From: Guillardia theta CCMP2712
Lineage: Eukaryota; Protista; Cryptophyta
NCBI RefSeq assembly: GCF_000315625.1
Contig: NW_005434540.1
Location: forward strand, 133,313-178,933
Reading direction: 5' to 3'
DNA: 45,621 nt
Shown: positions 1-11,374 of the stretch, one piece after another
How positions within the stretch are numbered: position 1 is the stretch's first letter
How the letters are laid out: each line of letters begins with the position of its first letter
The notes under the pieces: generated by a model
Databases searched by the model: none
Told to the model about the DNA's origin: nothing
Seen by the model: the letters and a program-made list of their open reading frames with translations, nothing else
Program-made: the position numbers and the translations under genes

Positions 1-62
1 TCCTCCTCTCGCTCCTTTCTTCCTCCTGCTTCTCTTCCATCCTCTTCTATTCCTTCTCGCAG

Positions 63-639
63 GCTCTGCATGCTCCTGATGTTCACGCACGTGGAAACTT
101 GAAGTTTGACCTGAAAGCGCGAGCATGGCAACCGAAGCAAGCGATCCTGACGCATGAGGTATGTGGAGAGGAATGGAGGGGAGGGGAGGGAAGGGCAGGG
201 AAGAGAAGTTCGGAGGGTCAGAGAGTGAGAAGGAAAGGAGAGGAAGGGAGGGTGGGAGGGAAAGTAGGTGGGAAAGGGAGGAAAAGGGAAGGGAGGGAAG
301 AGAGGGGAGGGGGAAAAGGTTCCTGCATGACTCACTTTCCTTTAGAACCTCGCGCTGAGGGGAGGAGGGCCCAAGAAGCCCACGAAGCCCAAGGAAGAGT
401 CTCCTGCTGGGGGCGCGAGTCGCTGACGGGGGGAAGCAGGTTGTGACTGTGCAGAGGAAGAAGAGTCCGGTAGAGGACTGGTGGTTCAGCCATCCATTCG
501 TCACTCGCTACTGGTTCCTTGCTTGTGTCATCACAACCCTCGTCAGCTGGGAGAGACTCCCCATCAACATGCCCGCCCAGTCTCTCATCCTGTACGCTCC
601 TCCTCCCTCCTCCATTGTGCCTCCCTGTTTGCAAAGAAC

Positions 640-733
<94 letters not shown>

Positions 734-1530
734 GGCCTCCTGCTCCTACCCCTTCGTCATTCAGTACTTTCTCCTCCTCTCTCTCGCTCCTCTCTCCTAC
801 TCTGAGCTCACTTTGTCTCCAGCTACTGGCCAGCTGTCCTCCAGCTGCAGGTCTGGCGCCTCATCACGACCTTCACCTACTTCGGTTCTGTCGGTCACAA
901 CATGTTGATGGAGACTGTCTTCATGCTCAACTACTCCAAGTCCATGGAGGTCTCCACCTTTCCTGCTGCTGCTGCTCCCCTCCTCCTCCTCCTCCTGTGC
1001 CCTTGTTGCACCTTTTCAGCTCCTGCTCTGACTTACCAGCTCCTTTTCCTTTTCAACATCCCCCTATTCTTTGTCTTCTTGCTTTTTCTCCTTGTTCTTT
1101 TTCCTCCTCTTATTGATTATTGTTCAGACTCTTTACGACGGCAAGAGAGCTCAGTACCTCTGGCATCTCCTGCTCAATGGGTGAAATTCCCCCCTCTCCC
1201 CCTCCACCTCTCTCCTCCTCTCTCCTCTCTCCTCCTCTCCTTCCTCCTCTTTCCCTCCTCCTAATTTTCATTTCTCTTCCTCCTCTTCCTCGTTTTCCTC
1301 TCTCCTCGTCCTCATCCTCGCCCGCCTCCATCTCTGACGGTCTCACAGGGTTGCGCTCATGCTGCTCAACACGCTGGTGGGGCTGCTGGGCGTGGGGATG
1401 GACCAGGAGGACGGGACTAAGATCCCGGGGCTGCCGTTCCTGGCGCAGCCGCTGCTCTACTCCATCGTGTGGATGTGGGCCAGACGAAACCCCGAGACTC
1501 AGATGAGCGTCTTCGGCTTCTTTAATGTAG

Positions 1531-1563
<33 letters not shown>

Positions 1564-2361
1564 ATGGAGAAGGATAGAGAGAAAGATACAGAGGAGGAAG
1601 AGGAGGAGGAGGAGGAGAGATGACAGGAGGGTCAGGTCAAGGCTGTCTACTTCCCTTGGTTTCTTCTCGCTTATCACTGCGTGATGGGCGGAGGGCTCAA
1701 CATCTTCTACCTCATGGGCTTTGCGGTTGGGTGAGTCCAGCTGACTTCCAGCTGGGCGATCTGCTGACTCTCAGGCAGGCACTTGTTCCACTTCCTCAGC
1801 AATATGCATCCTTACACGCAGAAGCTGAGGTGACGAGTGACTTCCTGCTCCTCCTCCCGTCCTCCTCCTCCTCCTCCTCCTCCTCCTCCTCTACCTCCTG
1901 TATTCCCGCTTCTCCACTTCCTCTGCTTCTCTTTTGCTTCATCCTCCCCCGCTGAGTTTTCATCGAGCAGTCTCTGGCAAGCCCCTTCCTTCCTAGAAAA
2001 CCTTCTGCCTCCTACAGACTCAACTGTCTCATTTGGTAACGTCCTGACCTGCTCCTTGCTCCCCAGCACTCTCCCTCCTCCTCCCCTTCCCCTCCTTCTT
2101 TTCTACGTCATTCTTGACTCTTCCACTCTCCTCCTCCTCATCCTCTACCTCCTCCTCCATCACCCTTGCTCTTTCCCTCTCCTCGTCCCCCCCCTTTCGC
2201 TCACTTTCTGCTTCAGCGTCAAAGGCGGGAGGAACGGGCGAAGAGGACGCGGATGAGCCCAAGACTCCTCCTAAGGTACGGCAGCTGGAGGGTCAGGAGG
2301 GGCTGAGCTGGAGCAGGTGTCGGCCTTTTCGGGGAAGGGGGCGAAACTGGGGAAGAAGTGA
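63..2361 (+). CDS. Derlin (Der1-family ERAD membrane protein), multi-exon, 5' end outside the window
   Basis: Spliced exons give SPVEDWWFSHPFVTRYWF, VWRLITTFTYFG...FMLNYSKSME, LLYSIVWMWARRNPETQMSVFGFFNVKAVYFPW, GFAVGHLFHFL. The C-terminus is an SHP-box-like AFSGKGAKLGKK* with TGA at 2359-2361. Confidence 0.9.
640..733. repeat. (CCTGCT)n hexamer microsatellite in a derlin intron
   Basis: Perfect tandem ctgctc run. It explains the poly-L, PA and CS pseudo-ORFs in the track. Confidence 0.95.
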
Positions 2362-2721
2362 GGAGGATGAAAATGAAGCTCGTCAAACTGGTCAAACTGC
2401 TGGTCAAACTTGTCTAACTGCTGGTCAAACTCAGCGACGGACATGCACTACCAGGGTAGAGCTCTAGAAGCTTTTGTTAGAGGGAATAGCGAGGGGAAGG
2501 GAGGGGAAGGGAGGGGAAGGGTGGGGTGGTTTGGGGGGCGAGAGAGCTAGATCAAGTGGGGGTGGGGTGGCGGGTCGAGCTGGGCTTCAGCTGGCAATCA
2601 GCAGGGGAGGATCATCTCCTTCTTGACTTGTCAGCTACTCCCTCGCCCTCCTGCTGGACCAGCAGCTTGTCAAAATTTGACGCCGTCCTTGTCATTTCTC
2701 ACCTCGCACTCCCTGAAGTGT

Positions 2722-4573
2722 TCAGAAGCTGTTGTGAAACAGATCAAGTGCATGCTGGTCAGCCTCTGTGCTCCATGTCAGCTGAGAGCTCCTCCTCCTA
2801 CTACTCCTGCCTCCTGCCTCCTGCCTCCTGCCTCCTCCTCTTCCTTGTCTTCACCATTACCTCCTACTCCTCCTCTACTTCCATTCTCTCCCCTCCTCTA
2901 CATCACCCCCGTCTCACCCCCCTCCTCGTCTTTCACCTGTAGGTCGTTCAGGATCAACTTGTCTTGAGCAGCCGAAGATTTCTTGCTGATTTCCTGTACG
3001 TGCCATCACCAAAATCAAAATCAACATCCTCCTCCTGCTGCTGCTGCTGCTGCTGCTTCTCGCTGTTCTTCTCCCTTCACTGCCGGCACCTCTTCTCCTC
3101 CTCTTCCTCCTCGTCCCCCCGCACTTTCCCTCTTCTTCCCCTGAGCTTTCTGCTCTTCGTACCTGCAGCATGCGAACGAGGGCCCCGCTCGCCAGCATGC
3201 TGTTCATGAGAGGCAGCGACTCGAGAAGCGAGAAATCGACTGTCCAACTGAGTGAGGGTGGGGTGGCAGGGGAGGGGTCGATACCCCAGCTACAGCCCAC
3301 CTGAGAACGCGTTCCTTGGCTTCGGCTTCGTTGTGACTGAAACTAGCTCAGCGATCACCTGCCGTTCCATCAATCCAACGACCCGATACCCTCCTCCCCC
3401 CACCTCTCTCCCTCCCTCCGTCCTCCTCCTCAGTTATCTCTCCTCGATTCTCTCTTTCCCGTCTTGTCTTCTTCTCCGTCTTCTCTGTCACCCTTCTCTC
3501 TCCTCCCCTTCCGTGCTCCCTCCCTCCCTCCCTCCCTCCCTCCTTTCCCAGCTGTCAGCTACTTTACCTCCCACACAGTCGATTGCGCGTTGGTCCAGTC
3601 GGTCGTCGTCTGCAGCTTCAGCGGGACGTCCCTGTCGGTGGTGGTGTAGCCGTCCAAGTCGCCGCTGCGAAGCCAAACCTACAGGAGATAAGAGGAGGGA
3701 GGAGGAGGAGGAGGAGTGGGGAGGAGGAAGAGAAGAAGGAAGAAGGGAGGAGAGGAGGAGAGGGAAGAAGGGAGGAGAGGAGGAGAGGGAGGAGAAGAGG
3801 GAGGAGAGAGAGAGGAGGAGGAGAGTAGAGGAGTGAGTACAGGAGGATGAGGGGGTGAGTAGAAGGAAGGAGGAGAAAATTGGAGGAGGAGGAGGAGGAG
3901 GAGGAGAGTACGTACATAGGGCGACTTGTACCGAACGTACGCGCCGATCAGGAAGACACATCTGCAGTCTCGTAAGCTGCAGTCCAGCTGAGCTCTGCTA
4001 GGAAGTACTCTAGTTCAGATGCTCGCGCGGTCTCCTTGTCGGCGGGGCTGCAAAGCAGATGAGGGAGAGAAAGGTGGTGGTGACGGTAGAATGGTGGTAA
4101 TTACGACGATGATGGTGATGGAGATGATGGTAATGGAGATGATGATGATGATGATGACGATGATGGTGATGATGGGTTTGAGGTGTTGTTGGCCGGCACC
4201 TTGCAGGAGCGCGTCCGCGGTTATCGGGAGAGATTCGCTTAGCTGGGGAGGAGGAGTACAGCTCGTTGCTGCTGACAGAGATGATGCCGTACGAGGCTGC
4301 TGCTTCCGCCTCTGTCGCCTCAGCCGTCTAAAAGAAAAAGTTGAGGAGGGAAAGGAAGAGTGTAGAGAGGGTGGACGGGAAGGAGGGCAACGAAGAGGGC
4401 AAGGCAGAGGGGCAGAAGCAGCATTGAGCACAAGGGCAAGTACGAGCAGCAGGAGGAAAACATATTGGCGGAGAAGGAGGAGCGAGGAGCAGACAGGAAG
4501 TGTATGAAGCAGGAGCAAGAGGTGTTGGTGTTGGTGTTGAACATGGAGAGGGAGGAGCGTACAGAGTCATGAG

Positions 4574-4630
<57 letters not shown>

Positions 4631-5319
4631 TGTTGGAGTTGGGGAAGGAGGAGTGAGAAGAAGTACAAGAGTCTCTTACCTGCACGAGAACGCGGGGGAC
4701 GGTGACCAGAAGCTCCTCCCGGCCCCTCAAGTAGCACTTGAAATGTTTGAACCCTTGCAACGTTCCTGGAACATCACGTCAACAGCTGATGGGCAGTACT
4801 ATCCCAAGCTCATTGAACCTATCCGAAGCATCTCCTTGCTAAATTGATCCATCGCGTTCTTGGCCTGCACTGGAGCAGTTAGACGAGTATGACTGCTTTC
4901 CTCCTGTCATCCCACTTCTCTGCTCCTCCCTCCTCCCTCCTCACAGCTTCAAGCACTAGAAGGCGATTCTGATCTCTGAGCTCATCGCTCAGTGACCGAT
5001 ATCGATTGTACTCTGGCAATCTAATTTCCCGCATTTGATCTCTAAGCTTTTTACTAGGCTTCCTACTTGATTGACGACCGGAATTGTCACGAAGCTTCGC
5101 TGTCAATCTGTCGAAGTCACTGTTGGATACTAGAAAGAATGCATCGGTATCAGGCTGATGTTTTTCTGCTGTTTTCTGTTCACTGTGAAGACGTGAATCC
5201 AATGTGGTCGCATGAGCTGCACTCATTATGGGCTGGAACATCAAAGCCAGGGACAATGCAAGCGACACATGCGAGCTCAGCAGTCGGTAGGGGACGCTGT
5301 CCCTTGCCTTTGCGTCCAA
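2722..5319 (-). CDS. Conserved-looking hypothetical protein, multi-exon; 5' end uncertain because of the N-gap at 5339-5438
   Basis: Minus-strand exons with GT/AG borders join to ...FSKEMLRIGTLQGFKHFKCYLRGREELLV..., FLIGAYVRYKSPY|VWLRSGDLDG...VPLKLQTTTDW...VWE|VIAELVS...NAFS|VDFSLLESLP...ALVRMLQ|EISKK...LQ|HALDLFHNSF*. Confidence 0.7.
4574..4627. repeat. (CAG)n microsatellite, intronic
   Basis: Perfect agc/cag triplet run. Confidence 0.9.
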
Positions 5320-5918
5320 GCCGGCTACTCCCAGCTTGNNNNNNNNNNNNNNNNNNNNNNNNNNNNNNNNNNNNNNNNNNNNNNNNNNNNNNNNNNNNNN
5401 NNNNNNNNNNNNNNNNNNNNNNNNNNNNNNNNNNNNNNCATAGAAGGAGATAGCATATCTGAGATAATTTCACAAGTTCGGTACCGCATACATTCACCTG
5501 GGATAAACACGAAAGAAGTTAGAACAGCTGCAACAACTGAAACCAGAGGAGTAGGAGAAGTAGGAGGAGAGTAGAAGTAGGAGGAGGAGGAGGAGGAGGA
5601 GGAGGAGGAGGAGGAGGTGGTGGTGGTGGTGGTGGTGGCGGAGGAGGAGGATCTCAGCAGCAGGATTCCCATGCAACCAGCAGCGATTGCGCTCACATGG
5701 TGAGGCATACAAGCATATGAGCATGATAGAGCCTGGGGTCATGACAGCATCGCCTGAAAGCACAAGGAGGAGGAGCTGAGCGGGAGTTGACCACGGCCAT
5801 CCAGCTGAGTAGGAACAAGGACAAGTGCGTTTGCCTCGAAACGAGGGGTAGAGGATGGGAGGTCAGGGGGGTGTAAGGTAGCAAGGAACTTGACTGTGAC
5901 GGGTGGGGTGTTGAGAGG

Positions 5919-8900
5919 ATGCGAAACAACAACCAGAAGGAGCTGACGGTCTCGATCCCCATGAGCGGCAAGGAGAGGAACACAGACAACAGCGCGTTGG
6001 ACATGTCGGACGAGGACGAGGAGCTGCTGCTGGAAGGTGCCCTGTACAAGAGGAGCGAGTTCCTGGACAAGGAGGAAGCAGCCAAGTCGCATCCGAACCG
6101 AACGTATTACTTCCGAAAGCCGGACGACGTGAGCAAGCTGGTGGAGCTATCCTCGATGAAGCTGCAGCAGAACCCGGAGAACAGGAGGGCACTTAGCATA
6201 CGAGCTACCTCCTACATGAAGCTCGGAGAATTCAAAGGAGCTGCCCTGGACTACTCTGCTCTCCTCCGCCTCGAACCGCACGATGTGGTCGCCCTCTACA
6301 ACAGAGGATGCGCGTACGAGAAGTCGGGAGAGCTCCAGCTCGCCATCGATGACTTCTCAGCTGTCCTCCAGCTGGACCCGGGGTTTGCAGCTGCGGCATA
6401 CGCGCGGGGAGCATGTCAGAACAAGCTTGGGAACTTTGACGATGCCATTCAGGACTACACGCTCGCGCTCGCTAGGGACCAGGGGCTGCCGTCGTCCCCC
6501 TCGCACAAGCAGGCGACCTTGGAGGGAGACAACTGCCTGTCTCCCGTCAACTCCTCCAAGCGCTCCTCCAGCCCTCTCTCCCGCCAGGGCTCCATTCGGG
6601 CTGCTCGCGAAGTGAGAATGTCCAAGGAAAGCTTCAGCGCTCGCAGCATTTTTAGCCAGTCGCCGTTGAATGCCGGGGACGCGTACGAGAGCCGAGAGAA
6701 CGGAGGAGGGGGAGGAGGAGGAGGAGGAGGAGGAGGAGGATTGCTCGCGTCGGCTCGGAGCAGCAAGGACGGGGTGGAAGCGCTGCAGTCAGGTATCGAC
6801 GGGATCCTCAAAGAGCACGTGCGAGCTGCTGTGCGTCAAGCCATGCCGGACGCGTCGGCGCTGATGCGCAACAAGAGCAGAAGGCAGCAGGGAGGCAGCG
6901 GTTCCCTCAACAGCCCTGTCATCCCCGACCAGCTCGAGCCTCAAACGCCCTCACGCCGGGACGGCGAGCAGGAGGAGGGGCTTCGGTCGCTGATCAACAA
7001 CAGCCACTCAGCGGACTACTACCACAGCAAGGGATACGCACACAGGAAGCTGGGAGAGTTCAGAAAGGCGATAGAGTGCTACACGATAGCGATCGAGAAG
7101 GACGGGCGGCACTTCAAGGCTCTCTTCAACCGAGGGTTCTCGCACGACAAGCTCGGGCTGTACGAGCTCGCGATCCGCGACTACTCGCGGGCGCTGGACG
7201 TCGACCCGACCAACGCCTACGCCTACTACAACCGCGGCATCAGCTACGATCGTATGGGCGACTTTGCCGCCGCCATCGAGAACTTCTCCGAGGCCATCCG
7301 GCTGGAGCCCAGCAACGCGGACTTTTACCACAACCGAGGCTTCTCTAATCGCAAACTAGGCAAGTACGCGGATGCGACGCGCGACTACACAGCAGCTCTC
7401 GAGCTGAACAGCCGGCACTTCAAGGCCTACTACAACAGGGCCTTTGCTCTTGACAAGCTGGGAAAGTACTCCGAGGCCGTCGAAGACTACACGAGCGCCC
7501 TGCAGCTGGAGGCCGACAACGCGAACGCGTATCACAACCGCGGGTCGGCGCTGGAGAAGCTGGGAAGAGACGAGGAAGCGATCGCCGACTTCTCGCGGGC
7601 CATCGCCATCGACCCGCACAACGCCTCCTCCTACAACTCGCGGGGTCTGGTCTACGACAAGCTGGGGATGCTGGACAAGGCGATCGAGGACTTCACGGCG
7701 GCGCTGCAGGAGGAGGGAGACAACGCGGTCTACTTCCACAACCGCGGGTACTGCCACCGCAACAAGAACAACTTCTCCCTCGCAGCCCTCGACTACTCGC
7801 GAGCGATTGAGCTGAACCCTGACAACGCGACGGCCTTCACCAACAGAGGATACGCCATGCGCAAACTCGGGAGGTACGTCGAGGCCATCGAAGACTATAC
7901 CCGCAGCCTCCAGCTGCAGCCCGACAATGTCAAGAGCTACAACAACCGAGGGTACTGCTACGCCAAGCTCGGGTCAGTTGGATTACAGCTGGAGGGGTGG
8001 TGGGTGACGGGGTGGCAGGAGGTACGACCTTGCGGTGCTGGACTACTCGGAGGTCCTTCGGTTGGACCCTTCCAACAATCACGCCTACCACAACCGAGGA
8101 ATCTCCTACGATAAGCTCGGACAATACGACCAGGTCTCTCGCCCCCCCCCCCCCTCCTCCTCCTGCTCCTCTTCCTTTCATCGCCTCCTCTAAGCGCCCC
8201 CGCTCTAATTTTCTTCCCTGCCTTCCCCTCCATGTTCCTACTTCCGCTGCTCCCGCATATTTTCTGGTTATCTTCTCATCTGCTTCCTCCTCTCCCTTCC
8301 TCTGTCTTAGCTCCCCTGCAGGCCGTCGCTGATCTTACCGAGGCTGTTCGTCTCGATCCTGGCAACACGAATGCACTCTACAATCGTGAGAGAGGAGGAG
8401 GAGCAAGAGCAAGGGGAAGGGAGTTCTGGAGCGGGAGAGGGAAGGCGCTATAGAAGGGGAGCAGGAGCAGGAGGAGGAGGGGGGGGGGGAGGATAGAGTG
8501 CGTTGCTAACGTGTCACTCAGGTGGCAATGCGTTGGACTCACTGGGAGATTTCGACCATGCTATCGCAGACTATACGAGGGTACAATCCGCCCTCCCTTT
8601 CCTCCTCCTCTCGCTTCTCCTCCTCCTCTCGCTTCTCCTCCTCCTCCTCTCGCTCCCCTCCTCCTCTCGCTTCTCCTCCTCCTCCTCTCGCTCCCCTCTT
8701 CCTCTCGCTGCTCCTTCCTCCTCTTTTGGATCTCGTCTCATCCTCTGCAGGTGCTCGAGTTGGATCCTGTAGCTGAAGATCAAGCTGTACAGAAGCCGCA
8801 AACGGTGACCCACGAGACCCCCTCATCCCCCTTCCCTCCCATCCCCCCGCCACCACCTCCTCCTCTTCCTTCCCTTGAAACCGGCCGCCCTCCCTCCTCT

Positions 8901-8959
8901 TTCCTTGTTTCTATTGCTCCCCTTCTCTTCCTCACTTCTCCAAGTGTAACTGACAGTGA
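5919..8959 (+). CDS. Tetratricopeptide-repeat protein with two TPR clusters separated by a low-complexity linker
   Basis: Long exon 5919-7972 with many 34-aa repeats (AYYNRG...LG.Y..AI.DY..AL.L.P). Further TPR exons near 8018-8133, 8322-8385, 8522-8580 and 8751-8804. Confidence 0.9.
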
Positions 8960-9166
8960 CGTTTTCAAGCCCACGAGGACGGGGCGGAAGGGCGAAGTGC
9001 CGAGGAGGAAGAAGCCCTCGTCCTCTCGCTGAAACTTTTCTTATTAAATGTCTGTCAGTTGCTCGCTCCTCCCTCTCCTCCTCTTTTCTCCTCCTCCTCC
9101 GTCCTCTCCTTGCTCCTCGACATATGTACACACATCCATGCATGGTGCTGCTCTCGCGCTCTCCTC

Positions 9167-10687
9167 TTACGCGCTCTTCTTGATCGCCTCATGCCCGTGG
9201 TACGGCTGGTCGCCGATGTCTCGACGCAGCCGCACAAATTCTGAAAGCTCATTCACTCGCTCTTGCATGTGCTGAACCTGCGGCGCAACTTCGCGGTGAG
9301 GTCGAGAGAGGGGGAGAGAGGAACAAGGAACAAGGAACAAGGAACAAGGAGAGGAGGGCCGAGACGACGAGGGACAAGGGAGAGGAGGAGAGGGAGGAGT
9401 GGCAGGAGAAATAGAAGCAGAGGTAGAGAAGAACCGGATCATTGGGCTCATGCATGATGAGAGATTGGAGAAGGAACCCGAAAACGCGATCCAGACCATG
9501 ATACCTGCAGGAAATATTCATGACAGGAGAAAGCAAAGTAGGAAAAGAACGAGGGAGGAGGAGGAGGAGGAGGAGGAGGAGGAGACAGAGAATAGGGGAG
9601 AGGGAGGAGAAGGAGGAGGAGAGGAGGAGGAGGAGAGGAGGAGAGGAGGAGGAGGAGGAGAGGAGGAGGCGAGGGAGGATTGGGAGGAGGAGAGGAGGAG
9701 GAGGAGGAGGAGGAGGAGGAGAGGAGAGGAGGAGGAGGAGGAGGAGGAGGCGAGGAGGAGGCGAGGGAGGATTGGGAGGAGGAGGAGGAGGATAAGGAGG
9801 AAAGGAAGGGAGAGGAGGGATGACCTTCTGTATTCTTCCATGTCTCGCACAGGATCTCCAGACTCGCAAGGAGGAAGACCGTACATCTTCAAGTCAAAGA
9901 TAAGAAGCAAGCCTCCATCTCTTTACCATCTCCTTACCCCCTTCCTCTCTCCCTTCCCCCCCTGCTCCTTCTCATACTCCCTCCCCCTCCTCCCCCTCCT
10001 CCCCGGACTTCTTGGCACCTCAATATCGGCGATCATCTCTTCAAGGGCCGCAGCCACCGCAACCTCCTTCCCGCTCGACTCCGCCAGCTCAAGCACGCTC
10101 ATCACGAATGTGTCCCGGTCAGTCATGGCGCCGGGCTTGATAGCTGTAGATATATGCTTGACATGTTGCCAGACCAGAGGAGGGAACAAGACAGAGAAGA
10201 GCAGAGGAAGAGGAGAGGTAAAGCACAGGAAGCTCAAGAAACAAGAGCCTACCGCTCTCGTCGAAAATCTTCCTAGCTCCTGCTGCTTCTGCAAGTTTCT
10301 GCTGCGCCTTGACAGTTCTGAGCTGAAGAACCTTCCCCGTCCCATCTTTGTCGCACAGAGCGAACCAACTAGGCCATGCAAGTCACGCTTCAACCCCTCC
10401 TCCCTCGCTCAACTCGTCCTCATCAATTCACTTCTTCCAATCCTGCTTTTGTCTCCTTCCATTCTGGTTTTCATTTCGCCTCTCCACTTTCCCCTCCTCT
10501 GACTCTCTTCATCGCCCCTCCATCCCTTCCACAATCTTCCCCTCTCCCTCCCCTCTCCCTCTCTTCCCCTCTCCTCCCCTCCCCTCTCCTCCCCTCTACT
10601 CTCCTCCCCTCTCCTCCCCTTCCCTCTACTCTCCTCCCCTCTCCTCCCCTCTCCTCCATCTTACCGTCCCGCAGGCTCCTCCGCCAT
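9167..10687 (-). CDS. Hypothetical protein with an EF-hand-like motif and a Dpy-30/RIIa-like docking segment
   Basis: ATG at 10687 (MAEEPAG, followed by a gtaag donor). Exons encode WFALCDKDGTGK and EYRR|YHGLDRVFGFLLQSLIMHEPNDPV. Ends ...HEAIKKSA*. Confidence 0.6.
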
Positions 10688-11374
10688 AGAGCCGTTGAAC
10701 TGCGTCCCTCGTCCCCTCATCAGCCCAGAGAATTTTCTGAGTTCAGGGCGAGTTGCCGGACTTTCTGACCCGGCGGCCTGGTGATGAATTTCAAATTGGT
10801 CGATCTAGGGTGGGGGTGGTATCTGGTATATTCATGTGGTGGGTACTTTTATATATAAGCTGGGGTAGGGGTAAAAAAATATCGAATGAGGGGTAGGTGG
10901 TGTTATAAGTCCACGAGGAGATGACAGGATGACGGGGTAGTTCTATGGTAGGAGGAGGGGGTAGAGAGTACAAAATCTCACTACGCCGAATAGTGGGGTG
11001 GTGACTTAAATCTAGGGGTGGGGTGGTTGCCCAAGTGATGACCTGTCCTCCAATCCGAGACACTTGGGTTGGGGTGGGGTCCTTTGAAGGAAAGGACGAT
11101 GATGGGGTGGGGTAAGGAAATGGAGGGGTCATTATATTCCCTTTGGGATGTCACCTCTCTCGCTTTGCATACACCCCAAGGTACCATGCAGAATTGATCT
11201 AACGTACCCGTACTATTGACGTAAATTGTACCCCTATACTTGTACCCTACCCACTAAGAATACTTACCCCTACCCCACGTGTTTCATTTCCATGCACCCC
11301 CCACCCTCCCCATTCGACGACCCCTCCTCACTCCAAGTCCACATCTCCTCTTTCCTTCCTGAAGCCGCGGCGGC

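Noticed and set aside
481-10768. Many poly-L, poly-S, poly-P, poly-E and poly-R ORFs in the ORF track
   Set aside because: They are translations of CT/GA-rich intron microsatellites or antisense shadows of real exons.
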